A DNA stretch of 64,000 bases from Arenicellales bacterium (GTDB lineage Bacteria > Pseudomonadota > Gammaproteobacteria > Arenicellales > Poriferihabitantaceae), in assembly GCA_965116595.1 (NCBI GenBank), contig OZ220708.1:1460596-1524595 (forward strand), read 5' to 3'. Each line of letters begins with the position of its first letter. Position 1 is the stretch's first letter. Both the position numbers and the translations under genes were made by a program. This document shows positions 40,713 to 47,940 of this stretch, piece after piece. A model generated the notes under the pieces. That model did not search any database. It saw only the letters and a list, made by a program, of their open reading frames with translations, and was not told the DNA's origin.

Positions 40713-40983
40713 CCTCATCACGGATCTGGAGCATTGGTTCATGGCATTCGGTGAAGCGCGAAACATTATCATCCATGAGGGTGGGTTGCCAGAGCTCACT
40801 TACTCTGGTCCTTGTGTCTACAACGGCCTCTTCTTCTTCACCGGTGAGTTCTTGCTTCGGGGTGTTATCAAGGTGCTGCTGTCGGAACTCGGCTATGACA
40901 ACGCATGGCGCAGTGAGCTTTGGAGAACCATTGATGCGGCTTGGGAGAGTGGGGGTCTCTACCCGGATATTGCACGAACCTGA
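40713..40983 (+). pseudogene. C-terminal fragment of a HEPN-type (RNxxxH) protein, 5' part displaced by IS remnants
   Basis: 'DLEHWFMAFGEARNIIIHEGGLPEL...' contains an R-N-x3-H motif. The open frame begins exactly at the IS3-fragment boundary and has no credible start. Confidence 0.4.
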
Positions 40984-41091
40984 TAGAATGACTGATCCGT
41001 TCTCTCAAAGACTTGATCGAAATGGTGGTCCGGCTCGAATTACTGAACATCAGCCTAAATAGTATTCACGAATCCATCAATACCTCGTCAA

Positions 41092-41345
41092 GCAACCGGT
41101 AAGCTTGTATTTCACCTGTTCGGTGCCCTGACCGAGTCCGAGTGAAACCTGATTCGGGAACAAACCCGCGCCGCAGGCCTTCAGGCTGCACGTACACGAG
41201 GACGCAAGCGTGGACGGCCAAAGGCCTTGGATCGGGGCAAGCGAAAATTAGCAGTTAAACTCTACAATAAAAATTGGTGCACCATAGGACAGATCTGCGA
41301 GATGATGAGTATCTCCAAGCCAACCTTGTACAAGGACATTAATAG
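41092..41345 (+). pseudogene. Serine recombinase/resolvase 3' fragment with in-frame TGA
   Basis: 'ATGKLVFHLFGALTESE*NLIREQTRAAGLQAARTRGRKRGRPKALD...ICEMMSISKPTLYKDI'. The stop at 41143-41145 replaces the Arg of the conserved FER block. The N-terminal catalytic Ser domain is absent. Confidence 0.7.
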
Positions 41346-41497
41346 TGACAAGGGTAGTGGTACAATCCGGCGTGTTCGAGACCCGCAAGGATAACGGGTC
41401 ACGAGGACTCGCTCACTTCCTCTGCGATGGTGTACCTTCCCACTTTAATAGGATCCCGCAGTGTTGGTATTTACAAATCTCAGGAAGCACTGAAACA

Positions 41498-42457
41498 ATG
41501 CAAACTTACAACGAAACCGACGCCCGCATTTTTGAAATTTTCTGTCCAGACACCATAAACAGGCTATCAGAAATCAAATCTGGCAACAGAAGGTTTGCCT
41601 ACTACACCTCAGCGGATACAGCGATGAAAATCATCCAGAAAAAGGAAATCTGGCTTCGAAACGCTACTGTCATGAATGATTTCTCGGAGATCTCTTACGG
41701 ACTTTCCCTTGTTAAGAAGGCCTTATCTGGTCGTTATGGCAAATTTTTCAGCGAGGTCGCGAATTCTGTGTTTCCCGGTGTCATGGACAAAATCAGTCCG
41801 AAGTTGATCGAGTTGGAATGGCATTGGAAGTTCGAAACTTACCTCTCGTGTTTGTCGTTACATGAGCCCTGTGAAGATCGAATTGGCAGGTTGTCTATGT
41901 GGCGCGAGTACGGAGGCGTCGCTCTCATAATCAACAACACCCCTCTGACCGCTGTTAGCGATAGGCTTGGTGTCTACTCGACCCCTGTACACTATCTTGA
42001 CCAGACTGGTGCTGAAACACGCCTGAGAACAGTGGCGCAGGCAATTTTAGATAATTTCGATTTCATACGCGATCTTGGAGAAGATGCATTCATTGATTGC
42101 GCGATCAACATGGTATTCTTAGCCGCCATCGGAACCAAGCATCCAGGATTTTCAGAAGAGAAGGAGTGGCGGATATATTTCAGGTCAGCCGAATATCCAA
42201 ACTCAATACTTAAAAGTAAAGTCGTTGTCATTGATAACGTTCCCCAAGAGATTTGGGCTTTGCCGTTGCAGCACGACCCGGACAACGATCTTCATCACGC
42301 CGACATCCCCAGTCTGCTGGACAGGATAATCGTCGGACCGACACCTTATCCGTACGTAAGTTCTCGCGCTTTTATGAAACTCCTGGAAGAAGCTGGCGTC
42401 GATGACGCTCCCCACAAAGTCGTTGTGTCCGATATTCCGTTGCGCAAGCGTGGGTAA
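41498..42457 (+). CDS. DUF2971-family protein
   Basis: 'RRFAYYTSADTAMKIIQKKEIWLRNATVMNDFSEI' is the DUF2971 N-terminal signature. The ATG at 41498 with 'caggaag' upstream is preferred over the longer track ORF, which reads through the resolvase tail. Confidence 0.65.
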   Translation: MQTYNETDARIFEIFCPDTINRLSEIKSGNRRFAYYTSADTAMKIIQKKEIWLRNATVMNDFSEISYGLSLVKKALSGRYGKFFSEVANSVFPGVMDKISPKLIELEWHWKFETYLSCLSLHEPCEDRIGRLSMWREYGGVALIINNTPLTAVSDRLGVYSTPVHYLDQTGAETRLRTVAQAILDNFDFIRDLGEDAFIDCAINMVFLAAIGTKHPGFSEEKEWRIYFRSAEYPNSILKSKVVVIDNVPQEIWALPLQHDPDNDLHHADIPSLLDRIIVGPTPYPYVSSRAFMKLLEEAGVDDAPHKVVVSDIPLRKRG

Positions 42458-42501
42458 AGTATCATCAATATGAGCATAGCTCAGGCCTCTACTTTACCGA
42501 C

Positions 42502-42750
42502 ATGGAGTGTTTCATGAATCCGGCCGCAGAATCGGAATACGCTAATGTTATCGGGAAAGCTGTTACAGTAGCTCGTGTAGCGACTGGTGAGGTCGAAGAA
42601 CAATTTTTCCACTACGGAAAGGACAAGGCGGCGTCGAACTGGGACGCCGAGGTGGCAAGTCAAGGGCCGAAAGGCTCACCAGAGAGCAACGATTTGAAAT
42701 TGCTCGGAAGGCTGCGAAAATACACTGGACTAAAAATGATACAAAATTAA
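42502..42750 (+). CDS. Hypothetical small protein
   Basis: 82-aa ORF with no recognisable motif. Coding status is uncertain. Confidence 0.25.
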   Translation: MECFMNPAAESEYANVIGKAVTVARVATGEVEEQFFHYGKDKAASNWDAEVASQGPKGSPESNDLKLLGRLRKYTGLKMIQN

Positions 42751-42788
42751 GGGCCAACATGGTATATTCATGTTAGCCCTTGGAATTG

Positions 42789-42874
42789 CGGAGGTGGTGG
42801 GATTCGAACCCACGAGACCATACCAGTCCGGCGGTTTTAAAGACCGCTGCATTTAACCTCTCTGCCACACCTCC
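42789..42874 (-). tRNA. Type II (long variable arm) Ser-like tRNA with anticodon UUA, a predicted ochre suppressor; no encoded CCA
   Basis: The reverse complement reads GGAGGTG-TG-GCA-GAGAGGTTAAA-TGC-A-GCGGT-CTTTAAA-ACCGC-CGGACTGGTATGGTCTC-GTGGG-TTCGAAT-CCCAC-CACCTCC-G. It has a 7/3/5/5 cloverleaf, U8, A14, G18G19, U33, a TTCGAAT T-loop and a G73 discriminator. It is co-linear with E. coli tRNA-Ser(UGA), whose anticodon loop is CTTGAAA. Here position 35 is T, giving 5'-UUA-3'. Confidence 0.8.
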
Positions 42875-42889
42875 AAGTGTGCTCACCAT

Positions 42890-42975
42890 GGGCTGGCCCT
42901 GCTACCGCTGTCATGGTTCGGGCCAGCCCTTATCTATAATCGCCCCGGTCGCGGGTGAACGTGCGCGCCGGGGCG
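42890..42975. repeat. Two GC-rich perfect hairpins just upstream (5') of the tRNA
   Basis: 'gggctggccc'-20 nt-'gggccagccc' (42890-42929) and 'cgccccgg'-19 nt-'ccggggcg' (42941-42975). Confidence 0.6.
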
Positions 42976-43141
42976 ATGGCTCTTCTGGTCATAAAGTCCT
43001 CTAAAATTCAAGATATGACGTATTGTGCTCAATAAATGAGCCGTAGTCAATAGCAAACTATGCAAACCAGATAAATATTAGTTGACAATGATATCACGTA
43101 TATTGTACGTTAAAAAAAGATAACTGAAAGGAGTATATACT

Positions 43142-43885
43142 ATGAACAAGCGAACCCGTTCACCGAACTATCCGGCAATAAGTCTACCAGAGGCCCTTGA
43201 ACGACTGAAGGGACTGTGGGACTCTATCGAAAACCACGCGGCTGATCGCGAGGTGGTGGTTAAAGGTATGGGGTACACCACTGTACATGGAGCCTCAATC
43301 ACAGCCTTGTCGGCATTGTGTAAATACGGACTTGTGAAGCGGGAAGGTCGGGACTACAGGATTACAGAGCGCGGTCAGATGTACTTACATCCGAAAAATC
43401 ACACAGAACGGAAAGAGGCGATTCAATCTGCAGCTATTGAGCCAAAGCTGTTCGTACTGTTGAACGAACAATTTCCCGGAGGAACATCGAATGACGAATT
43501 GATACGTAACTATTTAATTCGTGAAAAATACTCACAATCAGCTGTTACGAGTGCTATACGCTCATATCGTGAAACACAGGCACTTTTGGAAAGTGAATGT
43601 GGCGATTATGATACTGACTCTGATGTATCATCTAAGGATTCTACCCCTATGGAGCAACCTGCAATTCGTATGGGACAAATGGCTCCTGCCAGTTCAGGAC
43701 AGTTTCGAGTATCCATGACGGACGAATTCTACGTTGATGTAACTGCGTCTAGGCTTAATCGGTCGGGAGTTGAGCGACTATTGGCATGGTTGAAGGCAAA
43801 TCAAGAACTCGTCCCGGATGAATCCCCCCAAGAGGTCAAAGAGGATAATTCTAATATGAACCAAACTGAGGCGAAGCCCAAATGA
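43142..43885 (+). CDS. Hypothetical 247-aa protein (possible N-terminal wHTH), first gene of a two-gene module
   Basis: Good SD 'aaaggag' 8 nt upstream. Its stop overlaps the next gene's ATG (ATGA). No family recognised. Confidence 0.5.
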   Translation: MNKRTRSPNYPAISLPEALERLKGLWDSIENHAADREVVVKGMGYTTVHGASITALSALCKYGLVKREGRDYRITERGQMYLHPKNHTERKEAIQSAAIEPKLFVLLNEQFPGGTSNDELIRNYLIREKYSQSAVTSAIRSYRETQALLESECGDYDTDSDVSSKDSTPMEQPAIRMGQMAPASSGQFRVSMTDEFYVDVTASRLNRSGVERLLAWLKANQELVPDESPQEVKEDNSNMNQTEAKPK

Positions 43886-44326
43886 CCGAAATGCCCCATG
43901 ACGTGCAGTGTATTGCACTAAGACAATTAGAAACTGCTCTCCATTTGTATTTTGAAGGAGAAGATTACTACTCAGTTATCACATTGGCGGGTGCTTCAGA
44001 GGAACTCCTTGGTAAACTTTCAAGAAAAGATGGAAATGACACTGCCTTGGAGGCGATTAAGAAAAACGTTTCAGCGGTAGACAAAGCATACTTCAGGGAA
44101 GATCTAACAGAAAAGAAAATTTTTTAAGCGGGCAAATAAAATACGAAACTTTTTGAAACACGGGTCTCAAGGTAAACTGAATGCTATCAAGTTTGATGCA
44201 CAAACCGAAGCAAAGGACATGCTGAATCGAGCTGTTGATAACTACTATAATCTGACAGGAGAACTCACTCCTACAATGAAAAAATTTCAAGACGAGAACG
44301 TATCGGATAATGCTCACAAGTTCTAA
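43882..44326 (+). pseudogene. Small HEPN-like (RNxxxH) protein interrupted by a +1 frame change in an A4T6 run
   Basis: Frame 1 gives 'MTEMPHDVQCIALRQLETALHLYFEGEDYYSVITLAGASEELLGKL...EDLTEKKIF*'. The sequence continues coherently in frame 2 as 'KRANKIRNFLKHGSQGKLNAIKFDAQTEAKDMLNRAVDNYYNLTGEL...'. The R-N-F-L-K-H motif lies just after the break at 44120-44127. Confidence 0.55.
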
Positions 44327-44408
44327 AGTTTATACGTGTCTTGCCTCCTAAACTTGATCCAGATTTGGGTTTAAAGTTTTCAAAACGGGTTGGAATCAGG
44401 GGGTCAAC

Positions 44409-44636
44409 ATGCGCAAAGTCACCCTTCATGAGGAAATCCGGGATATTCTTATTGCCAATGGCAATGTCTGGATGGCAACGCACGAGATTGCCGCACAAGT
44501 AAACCTGCGAGGCAGATACAGAAAGAAAGACGGCAGTGAGATGACCGACTATCAGATACACGGCCGTACTCGAAAGCGCTCTCATTTATTTGACCGGGAA
44601 GGTCGCTTAGTGCGGTGCAAGGAGCAATACCTGTAA
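44409..44636 (+). CDS. Hypothetical small wHTH-like protein
   Basis: 75 aa. 'LHEEIRDILIANGNVWMATHEIAAQVN' resembles the N-terminal wHTH (Mrr_N/HARE-like) of restriction-associated proteins. Confidence 0.35.
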   Translation: MRKVTLHEEIRDILIANGNVWMATHEIAAQVNLRGRYRKKDGSEMTDYQIHGRTRKRSHLFDREGRLVRCKEQYL

Positions 44637-44871
44637 CCCGTTTGTCCGAATATTCTTGCCAATACGGAACTATTTCAGGATTCGCGTCGTGATTCATTTC
44701 GGCGCGGTATAGTTGGTTTTGGAGTTGAATGGCGGATGCAAATAAAATCAGGTCGGCGGACTGGGAATTCATGATTCCTCTAGTTTCCTGCCTGGTTCTG
44801 TAGCCGCATTTTTAGCCACAGGTGCAGGTTTGCGGCGCTTGTCCCGTAATTTTTGGACAACCATGTAATGA

Positions 44872-44901
44872 AACAGCTTAACAACTAGTTGTTAAGCTGT
44901 T
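44872..44901. repeat. 30-bp perfect palindrome
   Basis: 'aacagcttaacaac-ta-gttgttaagctgtt' has 14-bp arms and a 2-nt centre. Confidence 0.8.
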
Positions 44902-45101
44902 AAATTTGAAGTCCGGGCATGGCCGTTGCTTACGCGCCAGTTAGTCCTTCAGAAGCTTGTTTAGGGTCTTGAACATTTTCTCGAACCGTTCTTTCGTATC
45001 TTCCGAGATGTTGTTGTACCGGGCTAGATTTGAAACGAGATACGTTGCAGGACGAAGATGGCTGAATTTCCGTTTTCTCCACTTCGTCCTCGGTCTCCTT
45101 A

Positions 45102-46476
45102 TTGAGATTCGGACACGCCGTGACCGGCCAGATACTCGATGGTATATCGGGTCGGATCGAATCCCTCGGACAGGAGCATCGCCCCGGACTGCAAGGACGC
45201 CTGCTCGGAGTACCGATGGGGGCCAGCGCAGACTCCGAAGCGAAGCTGGAAGCCGGGAGCGGATGGCAATGGGACGAAGGCCGCGGCCTGACCCAGACCG
45301 ACCTGCTGACGGGTTCCGCCTTCACCGTATCGGACTGGATCGGCGGTCGCTCCTCCGGTTTCTGGGGTTCGGGTTCCGTATCCGGCTATGCCGGAGAGAC
45401 CGACGGCATTGCCGTAGACGGAGAAGTGAGCGGTGTACTGATCGGCCAGGATATGAGCGGACAACTGCCGCAAGGACAACGCTGGCTGGCCGGCGCCCTG
45501 GTATCGCGCAATATTGGCAAAGACGACTGGCGTCGGGGAGGGGGAGAGCGGAGAAGTCGAACACAGCCTGACCACACTGGTTCCGTACAGCGCGCTGGAC
45601 GTATCGGATGCTACTCGCCTGTGGGGCGCATTGGGCTGGGGGAGTGGAGATCTGGAGATTCGCAGCGCCACAGACGAGCGGCGCATGGACACCGCCTGGC
45701 GCATGCTGGCGGCGGGATTCCACAAAGACCTGGAAACTCTGCCTGGTCTTGAATCCGAACCGTTACTCGATGACGTAGACTTCTCATTGAACGCAGACCT
45801 GCGCCGCACCCGTACCGAATGGAAGCAGGCCGGGCAAGACACACAAGGTCTGGTCACGCGCGCGCGGGTGGGAATCAAGGGCAGTATTGTGCGGGAACTG
45901 GACAACGGCGGCACACTCCGTCCTTCCCTGGAGATGGGTTTGAGAAGAGACGGCGGAGACGCCGAACGAGGCCGGGGAGTAGAGATTAGCGCTGGTCTCA
46001 ACTGGAGCGACCCGCGGGGCATTGGAATCCAACTGCAAGGTCGTACTGTCACCCTGCATTCCGAAGAAGAATATAAAGACCAGTCTGTCTCGGTATCCAT
46101 CGACTGGGACCCGAGGCCGGCCAGCGCGTTGGGATTCTCGGCCACATTGGGGATGGAGCAGGGCGCCACGGCCTCGTTGCTGCATTCGCAAGAAAGATTC
46201 CCGACCGGCTTGACCGACACGAACTCCGAACCGCACTGGCGGGGGCAGGTATCTTATGGGTTGCGTACCGCGAACCCCAAGTTGGTGGGCAGTCCGTACC
46301 TGAGTCTGTCTGGAGGCGGACAGAACAAACAGGTACGGTTGGGTTATCGGGTATTGCCGAGGCCAAGGGATGAAGCGAAGATCGGCATGGAGCTGGACCT
46401 GTACCTGCGTATGGAACGGGATGTCGGGGCAGAACAGGACATGGGAGCCGGAGCGGGATTGCGGGTGTTGTGGTGA
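45102..46476 (+). pseudogene. Autotransporter beta-barrel (translocator) domain remnant, passenger missing and frameshifted
   Basis: '...GSAFTVSDWIGGRSSGFWGSGSVSGYAGETDGIAVDGEVSGVLIGQD...' (frame 0) continues as '...GEVEHSLTTLVPYSALDVSDATRLWGALGWGSGDLEI...GAGAGLRVLW*' (frame 1). The terminal aromatic residue is typical of OM beta-barrels. The +1 change sits in G runs at 45535-45544. Confidence 0.65.
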
Positions 46477-46514
46477 TACCCGAAACCCTGTTATTCCCGC
46501 AGGAATGACGGTTT

Positions 46515-46598
46515 GCGGGCGGGCACGGTGACCGTCCCCTACACATTGGTAATTGCGGCCTCCATATCATCGTAGGGGCGGGTCGCTGTGCCCGCCCG
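46515..46598. repeat. Inverted pair of REP-like elements
   Basis: 'gcgggcgggcacggtgaccgtcccctac' (46515-46542) and its inverted relative 'gtaggggcgggtcgctgtgcccgcccg' (46572-46598). Confidence 0.65.
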
Positions 46599-46599
46599 T

Positions 46600-47890
46600 A
46601 TTATTTTCGTCCATCATCGTCCCCCCCACCGAATCAGCCGGTGTCCCGGCTTCTTCGACTCCCCCTCGAGGGGGGAGTATCTGTGTTTTAAGTCCAGTTT
46701 TTTTCTGTTTTTTTATTGGATTGGGTTCGGAGTTTCCACCCACGGTGTTCCTCGTCGAACAATCGCATGCAAGAGCAATAACATCTTGCGCATGACGGCA
46801 ACCAGGGCGACCTTGCCCGGCTTGCCGCGATCTCGCAAGCCACGGTAAAAGCGCCGCAAGTCCGGATCATGACGAACCGCCGACAGTGCCGACATGTACA
46901 GTGCGCACCGCACCGCCTGACGGCCTCCGTGAATGCTGCGTTTGCCTTGATGCTGACCACTGTCCCGTGCCCACGGCGCCACGCCCGCCAGGGCGCTCAA
47001 GGACTTGCCACAACCGTTCCCCAATTCCGGCAAATAGGCCAACAATACGCCTGCCGTAACTTCTCCGATGCCTTTGACACTTCGCAATAAAGAAGCCCGT
47101 TCGGCCAGATCGCCTTTTTTCAGCATTTCCCGCATGACAGTATCTATCCGCGCAATCTCCCGATCCAGCCAGACCTTATGACGAACACACGATTCCCTCA
47201 TCCAATCGGGCGGATTCTTCTCCAACCGATTCTTCTCTCCAACCCGTTGCTCCACCAACTGCCTGCGGCGATCCAGATGATCGCGCAGGCAACGCACAGA
47301 ACGCGATACAGCCTGACTCCCGGATAACTCCAACCTCTCTCCATACCGACACAGCAAACGAGCGTCCAACGCATCCGTCTTGGCATGAAGACCCAGCGCA
47401 TGGGCAAAGGCGCGTACCCGCGATGGCTGTACCCGAACCGCCTCCACATCCGACTCCAGCAAAACATCCAGTAACAATCGCTCGTATCCGCCACTGGCTT
47501 CCAGTACCACCTGTTCTATCTCCTGTTCTTCGACCCAGGCCAATACCTGGTTCACCCCCAACGGCGTATTCTCAAAGACCTGAATCGAACCGGGTGACCG
47601 GAATATATCCAAACGACTCTTGCCTATATCTATACCCGCTACTCTTTGAATAGATTGTTTCATTTCAAACCCCCTGTACGCTACAATCAAATCCTGCTCC
47701 CCACTTGTATTCGGGACTGGTTTTCCCAGGTATCTGTTCGGAGCAGAGAATCGGCGTGAGGGGTTTCCTACTCCCCCCGGTGCAAAAACAAAATACGTTC
47801 TTCACCTGTGATGGCACGAAGCGTCCCTCACGCCTCCCCGATACTTTGGCCTCAATATCAGGGAATTTCAATCATACAAGTGTTATTCGA
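46600..47890 (-). mobile_element. IS110-family insertion sequence (boundaries approximate), flanked by REP-like palindromes
   Basis: A single DEDD-type transposase gene with about 110 nt and 230 nt of non-coding ends. REP-like copies lie on both sides. The exact ends are not determinable by eye. Confidence 0.55.
46713..47663 (-). CDS. IS110-family transposase
   Basis: 'VAGIDIGKSRLDI...VVLEASGGYE' (DEDD N-terminal domain) and the C-terminal 'LRSVKGIGEVTAGVLLAYLPELG...LAGVAPWARDSGQHQGKRSIHGGR'. The ATG at 47663 (MKQSIQ) is preferred. Confidence 0.85.
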   Translation of the reverse strand: MKQSIQRVAGIDIGKSRLDIFRSPGSIQVFENTPLGVNQVLAWVEEQEIEQVVLEASGGYERLLLDVLLESDVEAVRVQPSRVRAFAHALGLHAKTDALDARLLCRYGERLELSGSQAVSRSVRCLRDHLDRRRQLVEQRVGEKNRLEKNPPDWMRESCVRHKVWLDREIARIDTVMREMLKKGDLAERASLLRSVKGIGEVTAGVLLAYLPELGNGCGKSLSALAGVAPWARDSGQHQGKRSIHGGRQAVRCALYMSALSAVRHDPDLRRFYRGLRDRGKPGKVALVAVMRKMLLLLHAIVRRGTPWVETPNPIQ

Positions 47891-47940
47891 CGGGGGCGGG
47901 TTGTGGATTCCTGCGGGCGGGTACAGGGACCCGCCCCTAC
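47889..47940. repeat. REP-like elements (partial inverted copy + full copy)
   Basis: 'acgggggcgggttgtgg' followed by 'gcgggcgggtacagggacccgcccctac' (47913-47940). Confidence 0.55.

Noticed and set aside
42786-42874. tRNA as the attachment site of an integrated island
   Set aside because: I could not find a direct repeat of the tRNA 3' end ('gggttcgaatcccaccacctcc') elsewhere in the window by eye, and no integrase gene is adjacent. The tRNA's odd anticodon and AT-rich stems suggest it is cargo rather than a host att site.
41498-44640. Idea that the UUA-anticodon tRNA serves read-through of neighbouring TAA-terminated genes
   Set aside because: I read past the TAA stops of the DUF2971 gene, the druH-like gene and the 75-aa gene. 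The extensions are either very short (the next stop falls within 1-19 codons) or, for the 75-aa gene, about 45 codons of featureless sequence. This gives no convincing read-through product, so the function remains open.
44449-44772. 107-aa minus-strand ORF
   Set aside because: It overlaps the 75-aa plus-strand gene on the opposite strand and has no motif. Only its first ~45 codons lie in non-coding DNA, and its coding status cannot be supported.
44930-45085. Minus-strand open frame ending '...YNNISEDTKERFEKMFKTLNKLLKD*'
   Set aside because: It looks like the 3' tail of a lost gene, but it has no start codon and no family I can name. It is too short to call as a feature.
45099-46220. 373-aa minus-strand ORF
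   Set aside because: It is antisense to the autotransporter beta-domain remnant. Its S/P/R-rich sequence has no motif. The plus strand carries the recognisable barrel ending in '...GLRVLW'.
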